From positions 288,001 to 352,000 of the forward strand of contig JAXGNR010000004.1 in assembly GCA_040767965.1 (NCBI GenBank): 64,000 nucleotides of DNA, in the 5' to 3' direction. Below, piece by piece: positions 11,820-21,193 of the stretch; positions within the stretch are counted from its first letter, which is position 1, and the number at the start of each line of letters is the position of its first letter. The DNA comes from Atribacterota bacterium (GTDB lineage: Bacteria; Atribacterota; Phoenicimicrobiia; Phoenicimicrobiales; Stramentimicrobiaceae). The translations under genes and the position numbers were made by a program. The notes beneath the pieces are model-generated. The model was not told the origin of the DNA. It ran no database searches and worked only from the letters and a program-made list of their open reading frames with translations.

Positions 11820-13277
11820 ATGGTTAATGATATTGTAATTGGTTTAGAGATACATGTCCAGTTACTGACAAAAACAAAAATATTTTGTAATTGCAGTACA
11901 GATTATATAGATTGCAAACCTAATACCAATACTTGCCCGGTTTGTTTGGGTTTGCCGGGAGGATTGCCGGTCTTAAATAAAAAAGCAGTTGAATTAGCTA
12001 TAAAGACTGGAATTGCTCTTAATTGCAAGATAAATACCAGAAATATTTTTCATAGAAAAAATTATTTTTATCCTGATTTACCTAAAGCATACCAGATATC
12101 TCAATTTGACTTACCTATTGCCAGTGGTGGATTTCTGGAAATCCCAGTTGCTGATTCGGGAGAAATCAGAAAAATAGGAATAAACAGAGCTCATATGGAA
12201 GAGGACGCCGGGAAACTGGTGCATATTATTGAGCGGGGACAGATTGTTGATTCCTTAGTTGATTACAACCGCTCCTGCATACCTTTATTAGAAATAGTAA
12301 CTGAGCCTGACTTGTGCTCATCAGAAGAAGCTATAATTTTTTTGCAGAATTTAAGAAGTATTGTGCAATATTTAGGCGTCTGTGATGGAAACCTGGAAAA
12401 TGGTTCTATGCGCTGTGATGCTAATATATCTATCAGGGATGCACAAACTCATCAGCTGGGAATTAAAACAGAAGTAAAAAACATGAACTCTTTTCGTTCT
12501 ATAAAAAAAGCTCTCGATTATGAAATAGGAAGACAAAAGAGTTTGCTTAATAAGGGGGAAAAAGTATTTCAGGAAACAAGAAGATGGGATGAGGAAAATA
12601 ATCAGACAATTACCATGAGAACTAAGGAAGAAGCTCATGACTATCGCTATTTTCCAGAACCAGATTTACTGCCTCTTGTGATAGAGAAAGAGTGGATTGA
12701 AAAGATTCAAAATAATTTACCGGAATTGCCATCCGAACGCAAAGAAAGATTTTTAAAAGATTTTAAATTATCTGATTATGATGCAAACCGACTGGTTGAG
12801 ATTAAAAGTTTGGGAGATTATTTTGAAGAGGCTGTCAGTAAATATTCTGATCATAAAAAACTAACAAATTGGATATTAGGTGAGTTATTAAGATATTTGG
12901 GAGAAAAAAATTTAGAAATTACTTCATGTCCTGTGACAGCAGATAAATTAGTGGAATTGCTTGAATTAATAGACAAAGGTATTATCAGCGGGAAAATAGC
13001 TAAGACCATTTTTGAAGAAATGTGTAATACTGGAAACCGAGCTAAAATACTGGTTGAAAAAAGCGGTCTTACCCAGATAAGTGATAAAGATGAGATTGAT
13101 AGAATAATAGAAAAGGTTGTTGCTGAAAATCAGCAATCTGTGAAGGATTATTTGTCAGGAAAAGAGAAGTCTGTCCATTATCTGGTGGGCCAGGTAATGC
13201 GTTATACCAAAGGAAGGGCACAACCTGATTTAGTTTTAGATTTATTAAAAGAAAAGATGAATAAAATAGAAAATTAG
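11820..13277 (+). CDS. gatB: Asp/Glu-tRNA amidotransferase subunit B
   Basis: Motifs IGLEIHVQL, RKNYFYPDLPK, HMEEDAGK, MRCDANIS and DYRYFPEPDL. Confidence 0.98.
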   Translation: MVNDIVIGLEIHVQLLTKTKIFCNCSTDYIDCKPNTNTCPVCLGLPGGLPVLNKKAVELAIKTGIALNCKINTRNIFHRKNYFYPDLPKAYQISQFDLPIASGGFLEIPVADSGEIRKIGINRAHMEEDAGKLVHIIERGQIVDSLVDYNRSCIPLLEIVTEPDLCSSEEAIIFLQNLRSIVQYLGVCDGNLENGSMRCDANISIRDAQTHQLGIKTEVKNMNSFRSIKKALDYEIGRQKSLLNKGEKVFQETRRWDEENNQTITMRTKEEAHDYRYFPEPDLLPLVIEKEWIEKIQNNLPELPSERKERFLKDFKLSDYDANRLVEIKSLGDYFEEAVSKYSDHKKLTNWILGELLRYLGEKNLEITSCPVTADKLVELLELIDKGIISGKIAKTIFEEMCNTGNRAKILVEKSGLTQISDKDEIDRIIEKVVAENQQSVKDYLSGKEKSVHYLVGQVMRYTKGRAQPDLVLDLLKEKMNKIEN

Positions 13278-13287
13278 TTTATAATAA

Positions 13288-13321
13288 TTAAAGTTGCTTA
13301 AATAATTTTAAGTAACTTTAA
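13288..13321. terminator. Inverted repeat between gatB and rubredoxin (terminator or operator)
   Basis: TTAAAGTTGCTTAAA / TTTAAGTAACTTTAA; AT-rich, so a weak hairpin. Confidence 0.4.
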
Positions 13322-13352
13322 AAAATAAAAAAAATGTAAAGGAGATTATAAA

Positions 13353-13514
13353 ATGGATAAATATGTTTGCACAGTATGCGGTTATGTTTATGACCCTGAA
13401 AAAGGAGACCCTGATTCTGATATTGCTGCTGGAACTTCCTTTGATGATCTGCCTGAAGATTGGGTTTGTCCTTTATGTGGAGCTGGCAAAGACGAATTTG
13501 AAAAGGAGGAATAG
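13353..13514 (+). CDS. Rubredoxin (53 aa, absent from the ORF track)
   Basis: Manual translation [53 protein letters not shown] shows two CxxCG motifs; AAGGAG SD upstream. Confidence 0.97.
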   Translation: MDKYVCTVCGYVYDPEKGDPDSDIAAGTSFDDLPEDWVCPLCGAGKDEFEKEE

Positions 13515-13516
13515 GA

Positions 13517-14695
13517 TTGGTAGTAAGAGCTATTGGTGATAATATTTACTCAGTTGGAGTTATAGATTGGGACAGAAGACTTTTTGATGAATTAATACCT
13601 TTACCTGACGGTACCACTTATAATTCTTTTTTGGTAAAAAATAACGAAGACGCTCTATTGATTGACACTGTCGATCCATCCAAAAAAGAAGAATTTTACC
13701 AGAACCTACAAGAGGCAAAAGTAAAAAAAATCAGTTATATAATTGCGCATCACGCTGAACAGGATCATGCTGGTTGTATTGGTGATATTTTAAAAAAATA
13801 TCCTGGTTGTCGGGTTATTACAAATAAAAAATGCAAAGAGCTTTTGATAGCTGAACTGCATTTAGATGAAAATTATTTTATAGAAATAGCAGATGGTGAT
13901 TCTTTTCAGTTTGGTGATAAAAAGTTTTATTTTGTTTTTGCCCCCTGGGTTCACTGGCCCGAAACTTTTTTAACATATTTACCTGAGGAAAAAATATTAT
14001 TCACCTGTGACTTCTTTGGTTCTCATCTCGCTACCAGTGAGTTATGGGCATCCGATGATGAGCATCTATTTCTTTCTGCAAAACGTTATTATGCAGAAAT
14101 AATGATGCCTTTTAGGTCATACATTAAGAAACATTTAAAAAAGCTCAAAGATTTTTCCATAAAAACTATTGCACCAAGTCATGGTCCGGTTTATAAAAAT
14201 CCAGAATTTATAATGAATGCTTACCAGCAATGGATATCTGATAAAGTAAAAAACGAAGTAGTGCTTCCATACATTTCTATGCATGGAAGCACTGAAAAAA
14301 TGGTATTTCATTTAGTAGAAGAGCTAATGAAAAGAAATGTAAAAGTAATTCCTTATCATTTGACTAATACTGATATAGGTGAATTAGCTATGTCTTTGGT
14401 TGATGCGGCTACTATTGTTTTAGCCTCACCAACAGTATTAACCGGACCTCATCCACAAATTGTTTATGCTGCTTATCTGGCAAATGCACTAAAACCAAAA
14501 GTGAAATATGCAGGCATAATAGGCTCGTACGGATGGGGAAGTAAAATGGAGAAAGATCTTCTTCAGATATTAAGCAATTTAAAGGTTGAATTATTACCAA
14601 CTATAATGGTAAAAAGTTATCCCAGAGAAGAAGATTTAAATAAATTAAATGACTTAGCTGATACAATAGTTGAATACCATAAAAAACTAAAATAA
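13517..14695 (+). CDS. fprA: Class A flavodiiron protein (O2/NO reductase)
   Basis: MBL domain motifs GTTYNS, HAEQDH, PWVHWPE, CDFFG and PSHG; flavodoxin domain SMHGST, GSYGW. Confidence 0.95.
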   Translation: MVVRAIGDNIYSVGVIDWDRRLFDELIPLPDGTTYNSFLVKNNEDALLIDTVDPSKKEEFYQNLQEAKVKKISYIIAHHAEQDHAGCIGDILKKYPGCRVITNKKCKELLIAELHLDENYFIEIADGDSFQFGDKKFYFVFAPWVHWPETFLTYLPEEKILFTCDFFGSHLATSELWASDDEHLFLSAKRYYAEIMMPFRSYIKKHLKKLKDFSIKTIAPSHGPVYKNPEFIMNAYQQWISDKVKNEVVLPYISMHGSTEKMVFHLVEELMKRNVKVIPYHLTNTDIGELAMSLVDAATIVLASPTVLTGPHPQIVYAAYLANALKPKVKYAGIIGSYGWGSKMEKDLLQILSNLKVELLPTIMVKSYPREEDLNKLNDLADTIVEYHKKLK

Positions 14696-14804
14696 ATTCT
14701 ATTAACATTTAATTACAATAATTTTGAATCCTGTAGATAGATAGCTATAAGTTGGTTTAATTAGTGATTATTTGGCTATTATTATAGGCAGGGAGATACT
14801 ATAT

Positions 14805-15335
14805 ATGAATAAAAAAACAATTATTTTTATATTGATTGTTCTTGGCATACTTTTCTTGAACATTACAATGAATACAGTTTATGCCCAAAAAAGCTTAGAT
14901 GACATACTTTATGGGGATTTTGCTGAAATTGATAATTTTGGTTATATATTTGTAAAAATACAGGGAGAAAACTCTTCTTTAATCGGTTTAGATAGTTATG
15001 AGCTTACTAATTATGCAAAATTGAAATATAAAAATAATTTTAGCGGAATTGATTATCGAGAAATTACTGCTGATGAATATGTAATTTTTCAAGAGGAAGA
15101 AAAGGCTAAAAAAACTGGCAGTATCTGGTTTAGAATCTGGACAGCTGGAGAAGGGTATCCAATAGTTTATTATATAGAATGCAAAGCTGGAAATTATCAA
15201 AATTATGATATTTGGAATGATGAAGTGCTTGGTTTCTGTGATGAAAAAGAGATAAATCAAATTGCCCGTACTGAAATTACCAGAATGATAGAAAATTTTG
15301 CCATAACATTCTTTAAAGTTAGAGGTGAAATATAA
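14805..15335 (+). CDS. Hypothetical exported protein
   Basis: Signal peptide MNKKTIIFILIVLG...VYA; GGGAG SD; no recognisable domain. Confidence 0.7.
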   Translation: MNKKTIIFILIVLGILFLNITMNTVYAQKSLDDILYGDFAEIDNFGYIFVKIQGENSSLIGLDSYELTNYAKLKYKNNFSGIDYREITADEYVIFQEEEKAKKTGSIWFRIWTAGEGYPIVYYIECKAGNYQNYDIWNDEVLGFCDEKEINQIARTEITRMIENFAITFFKVRGEI

Positions 15336-15355
15336 TAGCAGGAGGTAACCAGCAA

Positions 15356-16192
15356 ATCAAAATAACAGTTCTAATTGACAACAATAGTATAATAGACAGA
15401 TATTTTCTTGCAGAACCAGCTCTTTCTTTTTTCATCGAAGCTGATAATAAAAAAATATTATTTGATGCAGGATATTCTGATGCTTTTCTTGCCAATGCCG
15501 AGAAAATAAAAATAGATCTGCTCAATGTTGATTATATTATTATTTCGCATGGACATATTGATCATACTGGTGGGTTGCCTTTTTTAATGAATAAAATAAG
15601 TGAAGCAAGGATTGAGAAAATACCTTATCAAAATGCGTCACTGATAACGCATCCTGCTACTTTTATGATTAAGAAAACTATGGAGATTGGCTCTATTGGA
15701 TCTTTGGTAAATGAGAATATTCTACAGGAATTTTTTCATTTACAGTATTCTAAAAAACCATTGTGGCTGACTCCAAATGTGGTATTTTTGGGAGAAATAC
15801 CCAGAGAAACCACATTTGAAATTGAAAAACCTATTGGAAAAACCATCATTAACAATATTGAAAAAGATGATTATATACTAGATGATTCTGCACTGGTAAT
15901 TCGTATGTTGGAAGGATTAGTTGTTGTAACTGGTTGTTCTCATGCTGGAATTTGCAATATAATAAATTATGCTAAAAAAATATTCCCGGAAAATAATGTT
16001 CTGGATATTATAGGCGGATTTCATCTTTTAAACCCTGGCAGAGAGCAATTGGAAGGAACAATTGATTATCTCGAGAAGATTGCACCAAATACTATTCATG
16101 CCTGTCATTGTATTGATTTACCCTCCAAAGTAGCCTTATCAAAAAGCTTACCACTTAAAGAGGTGGGCTCAGGATTAAAGATAGAATATTAA
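15356..16192 (+). CDS. MBL-fold metallo-hydrolase, probable ATC start
   Basis: Frame open upstream of the track ORF: (I/M)KITVLIDNN...LFDAG...SHGHIDHTGGL...DD...GCSHAG...GGFH...CHC. GGAGGT lies 9 nt before the ATC. Confidence 0.85.
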   Translation: MKITVLIDNNSIIDRYFLAEPALSFFIEADNKKILFDAGYSDAFLANAEKIKIDLLNVDYIIISHGHIDHTGGLPFLMNKISEARIEKIPYQNASLITHPATFMIKKTMEIGSIGSLVNENILQEFFHLQYSKKPLWLTPNVVFLGEIPRETTFEIEKPIGKTIINNIEKDDYILDDSALVIRMLEGLVVVTGCSHAGICNIINYAKKIFPENNVLDIIGGFHLLNPGREQLEGTIDYLEKIAPNTIHACHCIDLPSKVALSKSLPLKEVGSGLKIEY

Positions 16193-16309
16193 AAAAATAA
16201 TTTTTATAATTCTATAATTTATGACAATACCCACTAACAAAACTAAAAGAATTATTAATAATTATCAGAATTAATCAAATGTTAAAAAATTAATCGAGGT
16301 AAAAAGTAA

Positions 16310-17974
16310 ATGTCAAAAAAAATAATATTTTTTACTTTAATTTTCCTGATATCAATATCCAACTTTAGCCTGGCTAATCAGATAGAAGTAAATCTTGGCA
16401 CTAAAATAGAAAAAGTTTATCTTTTTCCTGATACTGCAATATTAGAAAGACATCAGAAAACTAACCTGGAAAAGGGAAGTTATCAAATAATATTTAATGA
16501 TATAATTGAAAAATTTAATGAGAAAAGTATCCAGGTAAAACTGAAAGAAAGCAATTATATTGCGAGAATTAATGGTATCGCTATTAAAAAGATCTTATTA
16601 GAGGATCAGCCAAATGAAAATTTAAAAACCTTACAGATTGAGATTACTCAACTAGAAAATGAAATTAGAATAATTAATTCTAAAAAAAATGCACTTAAAG
16701 ATAAAAAAGATTTTCTTAACTCTATGAAAAATATATTTTTTACTCAGGACTCAAAAGGCAATGTTAGTTCTACCGGAGATATAAAAATTATAGATCAAAT
16801 AGAAAATATGTATTTATTTTTAGAAAAAGAAATAAATGAAAATTATAGCCAGTCTCTAGATTATGATTTCCAAATAGAAAAGCGCCAGGAAAGAATAGAT
16901 TTTCTGCAGAGAAAAATACAGCAGATTACCAATGAAAAAATTGACGAAAAAAAAGATATTATTTTAGACTTAGAAGTATATGAAAATAGTGATTTAAACT
17001 TTATTATTTCCTATCAATTGAATGGAGAAGCTGGATGGAAACCTCATTATGATGTTAGGGCTGATATTAAAGGGAACAAAGTAGAGCTCGTAACTTACGC
17101 TCTGGTAAAACAATCAACAGGTATTGATTGGAACAATGTTTTTGCATCACTTTCTACGGCTAAACCAGCTATTTCGGGCCAGATACCGGAAATTGTGCCC
17201 TGGTTTTTAACACCATATCAATTATATCAAAAATCAGATAAATCAGTAGATGCTGCTTTTTTGCAGATGGAAAGAGAATCCTTTGCTCCGCAGTCCAGCA
17301 CAATAAATGAAGATTTTCTAATCCCTTTTGAGCATAAAGGTACTATTGTAAATTTTAACATCCCATATCAAATTTCTGTATTATCAGGAAGTACTCAGGA
17401 AAAGATATTAATATCTAAAACTGAACTAGATTGTCATTATGACTATAAAGCTTATCCCAGAGAAAATCCATTTGTATTTTTTAATGCTTCTATCAGTAAT
17501 AAATTGAATGTTCCTTTATTGCCAGGAGAGGTAAATATTTTTATTGAAGAAGCATTTGTCGGTAATTCTTTTTTTAATTATACTCCTTCTGGAGAAAATA
17601 TTGATATTTCTCTTGGTATAGCAGAAAATGTCCAGGTGAAAAGAGAATTGCTTAAAAAATATCGGGATGAAACGTTGATTGCCAATATTCCTTCAGCAAG
17701 AGCAGTTACCAATTATGAATATAAGATTTCTATTGATAATTTTCAAGAAAATGATGTATTATGCCAGATCTATGAAAATATCCCTGTTCCTGAAGATGAT
17801 AGAATACAAGTTAAAATAGAAAATATCAATATTGAACCTATAGAAAAAGACTGGAATGACAAAAAAGGTGTCTGGATGTGGGAATTTATGCTTAGACCAG
17901 GTCAACATGAAGAAATATTAATTTTCTATTCAATTGCCCATCCTCGAGATATGCAAATAATTGGATTACCATAA
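16310..17974 (+). CDS. DUF4140/DUF4139 (MuiA-like) exported protein
   Basis: Signal peptide, IEKVYLFPDTA, coiled coil, WKPHYD, QSTGIDWNNV.ASLSTAKP and LLPGEVNIF. Confidence 0.85.
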   Translation: MSKKIIFFTLIFLISISNFSLANQIEVNLGTKIEKVYLFPDTAILERHQKTNLEKGSYQIIFNDIIEKFNEKSIQVKLKESNYIARINGIAIKKILLEDQPNENLKTLQIEITQLENEIRIINSKKNALKDKKDFLNSMKNIFFTQDSKGNVSSTGDIKIIDQIENMYLFLEKEINENYSQSLDYDFQIEKRQERIDFLQRKIQQITNEKIDEKKDIILDLEVYENSDLNFIISYQLNGEAGWKPHYDVRADIKGNKVELVTYALVKQSTGIDWNNVFASLSTAKPAISGQIPEIVPWFLTPYQLYQKSDKSVDAAFLQMERESFAPQSSTINEDFLIPFEHKGTIVNFNIPYQISVLSGSTQEKILISKTELDCHYDYKAYPRENPFVFFNASISNKLNVPLLPGEVNIFIEEAFVGNSFFNYTPSGENIDISLGIAENVQVKRELLKKYRDETLIANIPSARAVTNYEYKISIDNFQENDVLCQIYENIPVPEDDRIQVKIENINIEPIEKDWNDKKGVWMWEFMLRPGQHEEILIFYSIAHPRDMQIIGLP

Positions 17975-18002
17975 CTAATCACCTTTAGAATAGTAATTAA
18001 AT

Positions 18003-18050
18003 AAAATATATAAGGGCAGACTTTTTAAAAAACCTGCCCTTATATATTTT
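18003..18050. terminator. Bidirectional terminator-like hairpin
   Basis: 17-bp inverted repeat AAAATATATAAGGGCAG / CTGCCCTTATATATTTT between convergent genes. Confidence 0.8.
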
Positions 18051-18068
18051 TAATAACAGATCTTAGTT

Positions 18069-18662
18069 TTAAGAATTAACAATTCTGTTTATTTCTTTTT
18101 TTAGATTGTCAAATTTTTTTTGGTAATTTTTTTCAAGATAATTTAGATTGTTTTTAAAATCCTCGTCCTGACTTAAATATTCTTCAAAGCCTATTTCCTT
18201 CAACATAATTTGATTACCTTGCTGGAAGGTTTGCATTCTTTTCTCAGGATTTCTTTCAAATTCTTCTTTAACGTCCTTTATTAGCTGTTCTTTTTTGTTC
18301 TCCAGCCCTTGATTAATTTTAGATAACTTATGAAAAGAATCTTCAATTTCTGTAAGTTTACTGGTTTTCTTTAAATTTTCGATAGCCAGGATACCTTTTT
18401 TTCTTTTTTCTATATCATAAACATTGCTTTGAAAGGTGAGAGATTGCAGAAAATTATTCTGTGCTTTAATTAAATATTTATCTGAAATCCCTTTTAGATT
18501 ATTCCAAAGCTCATCAGAATCTATTTGATCTTTGTAATATTTTGCCAAAATAGAATCTATCTTTTTATTCTGTTTTATTTCAGCCATTTCCTGAGGATTT
18601 AATCTATCTATTTTTTTTGATTTTTCTAAAGCAATTTCTAAAGCTGATTTTATATATGCCAT
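18069..18662 (-). CDS. Hypothetical alpha-helical protein
   Basis: 197 aa, N-terminus MAYIKSALEIALEK, AGGAGG SD; coupled to the upstream gene. Confidence 0.75.
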   Translation of the reverse strand: MAYIKSALEIALEKSKKIDRLNPQEMAEIKQNKKIDSILAKYYKDQIDSDELWNNLKGISDKYLIKAQNNFLQSLTFQSNVYDIEKRKKGILAIENLKKTSKLTEIEDSFHKLSKINQGLENKKEQLIKDVKEEFERNPEKRMQTFQQGNQIMLKEIGFEEYLSQDEDFKNNLNYLEKNYQKKFDNLKKEINRIVNS

Positions 18663-18664
18663 TT

Positions 18665-19393
18665 CTACCTCCTTCTAAATAAATCAAAAAATCGATCCTG
18701 ATAAAATTCAAATAAACCCCATCGGTCTAATTCACTTTTTAAATCTTTTGGCTCCATATTTCCGCTTTTGACTTTTTCAAACATTGCTTCTATTTCCTTT
18801 TTTGCAATAAGAGGAAGTCCTTGCCTATCTCTAGAAACAACATGTTGCCCATATTGATTATAAGAAATCAAGCCTCTCTTTCTAAGTTCAGGAAACTGAG
18901 ATTGCTGAGCACTTCTAACCATCATATCGAGAATAAATTTAGAAAGAGAAATATCCCATAAGTCTCCAACTCCCTGAATAATAGCAGCAAGGTTATCTCC
19001 TCTTTTATCAATATCACGAGATATTTTATCTGCTACAGTTTTTATATTACCTGAAACAAAGTTCATAGAATCAAATTCTCTTTTGAAATGGAATCGATAT
19101 AAAAGGCTTGCTAAATCAGGAATTTCATCTGCCAGATCAGAAAAAGCATTTTTAGCCTCATCGCTAAACCCTTCAATTCTTAAGATATAACCAGGAGTTA
19201 ATAATTGAGGCCTAAACCAGCTTACCTTTCCTTCTCTGATTACGGTTTCTTCAGTGTCCTTTGTGAATTCCTGATAGACAGGCTCGGTAAGAACATGATA
19301 ATGAATTTCCGAAGAACCAAAAGAAGAAAGCAATTGCTTTGGCCATTTCAATATTTTGGAATTTTCAAATGCGTATTGTATTCTTTTATCCAT
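18665..19393 (-). CDS. Hypothetical protein
   Basis: 242-aa ORF with AAGGGG SD and globular composition; no family recognised. Confidence 0.75.
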   Translation of the reverse strand: MDKRIQYAFENSKILKWPKQLLSSFGSSEIHYHVLTEPVYQEFTKDTEETVIREGKVSWFRPQLLTPGYILRIEGFSDEAKNAFSDLADEIPDLASLLYRFHFKREFDSMNFVSGNIKTVADKISRDIDKRGDNLAAIIQGVGDLWDISLSKFILDMMVRSAQQSQFPELRKRGLISYNQYGQHVVSRDRQGLPLIAKKEIEAMFEKVKSGNMEPKDLKSELDRWGLFEFYQDRFFDLFRRR

Positions 19394-19633
19394 ATAAGAC
19401 CCCTTTAGAATAACAAACTTATCTCTAATTTAAAATCAAATAAAAGTAAAAATAAACAATTATTTTACAGTTATTTATTCATGTATTCAACTACAACATT
19501 TTAACCTATTATAATAAAATGTCAAATAACTGTTCTGTAATTGGCATTCTGTATCTTAAAAAAATAATTAGCCTTTTGTGTATAACAAAAAAAGTTTTTA
19601 AAATAGGCTAATTATTTCTTATAACTTATAATT

Positions 19634-20095
19634 TTATTTTACCAGGAGTACGCTGCAGTCTTTCGCTTCTTGAATTACAGCGTTGCTGACACTGCCGATT
19701 AATAACCTTTCAATACCACTTAGTCCTTCACTGGCAATAACAATAAGATCAAAATTTTGCTCTTTAGCTGTTCTTACAATCATATGGGCCGGGTGTCCTT
19801 CCAGAAAAATGCTTCTGGCTTTAACGTTTTTTTCTTTAAAAAATTTAACAGCAGATGCCAGTATTTTCTTTTTTTCTTTTTTATGAACATCAAGCATAGT
19901 TTTATAATTTTGTACTTGTTCAAATGTAAAACTTTCAGCTCCTGCCAGAGAAGGAAGAGTAGAATCATGCCTTCCATCATACACGTATATTACTGCCAAA
20001 TCAGAAACAGATTTACAACCCTCAGTTAATTCTAGTGTTTTTTCTAATGCCTTTTGGCTGTGCTTGGAACCATCAGTACAAACCAGTATTTTCAT
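19634..20095 (-). CDS. Universal stress protein (UspA family)
   Basis: Motifs ILVCTDGS, GHPA, DLIVIAS.G and LLIGSVSNAV; AGGAGG SD. Confidence 0.93.
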   Translation of the reverse strand: MKILVCTDGSKHSQKALEKTLELTEGCKSVSDLAVIYVYDGRHDSTLPSLAGAESFTFEQVQNYKTMLDVHKKEKKKILASAVKFFKEKNVKARSIFLEGHPAHMIVRTAKEQNFDLIVIASEGLSGIERLLIGSVSNAVIQEAKDCSVLLVK

Positions 20096-20707
20096 TAAAC
20101 AAGACCTCCTTTTACCAATATTTTAATCATTATTGGTTAATAATATTATATCATAGTCAACAATGTAATTAAATTACATGTTGTTTGCTAGAAAAAGATG
20201 ATATAAGAGAAACAAGCATTTTAGAAAGCATAAATCAAGAAAAAAGATGCAAATAAATATAACAATGTTTTAAACAAAAAAATTAAAAAATAGCAAATTT
20301 ATAGTAATATAATAATCTATAGGAAATAAGTTCACTAATTAGATTTTATTTTGTGCATTAAATATATATTGTTATAATAAAAATTGAAAATATAATTGGA
20401 TTATAAAATGATAGATTATCATCAGAAAAAACAAAGCTTTAAAAATATATTTATAGAAGCTGATTAGAATTTCTTTAATGAAATAAATTTTCAGATCTTT
20501 TACAAAGAAATCTATACAATTGAAGAAGAATAGAAAGATTTTTTAACAATAATTACCAGTAGCTTATTAAAATATATTAAAGAAATAAATCAACAATAAG
20601 AGATTTAAATGTTAAATATAAAAATGATTTTTGATTAAAAAGCTACTTTCTAGATAAGTCAGACACATTGAATAAATATCAATTTTCATTAAATCAAAAA
20701 TATTATA

Positions 20708-21109
20708 TTGACAGGAGGGGAAAAGTTAATTAATAAAAAAGCAAATAAATATATTAGAGTTTTATTGGTTATAATAGGAACCTGTTTTGTTTTTATAGGA
20801 ATAATTGGTATTTTTTTACCGATTTTACCCACTACTCCATTTTTTCTTCTGGCAGCAGCTATCTATGCCAAAAGTTCAACTCGTTTTTATTACTGGCTTT
20901 TGCATAATAAATATTTCGGTAGTTATGTAAAAGATTATAGAGAAGGAAGAGGAATAGAAAAAACTGTAAAAATAAAGACCATATCACTGTTATGGCTCTC
21001 AATAGTAGTTTCAATATTTTTAATAGATGTGTTTATTGTCAGAGTTTTATTACTACTTATAGCCATTGCGGTAAGCATTCATATTTTTTTAATAAAACAG
21101 AAAGTTTAG
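20708..21109 (+). CDS. YbaN/DUF454 membrane protein (start uncertain)
   Basis: Motifs GIIGIFLPILPTTPFFLLAA and SSTRFYYWLL..KYFG. Confidence 0.9.
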   Translation: MTGGEKLINKKANKYIRVLLVIIGTCFVFIGIIGIFLPILPTTPFFLLAAAIYAKSSTRFYYWLLHNKYFGSYVKDYREGRGIEKTVKIKTISLLWLSIVVSIFLIDVFIVRVLLLLIAIAVSIHIFLIKQKV

Positions 21110-21193
21110 CATATTTTTATTTTTTCTGGAACAAGAATTATGCAAACTATTAATAATATAGAATATCATTATTAATAATAAGGAGACAACCTT

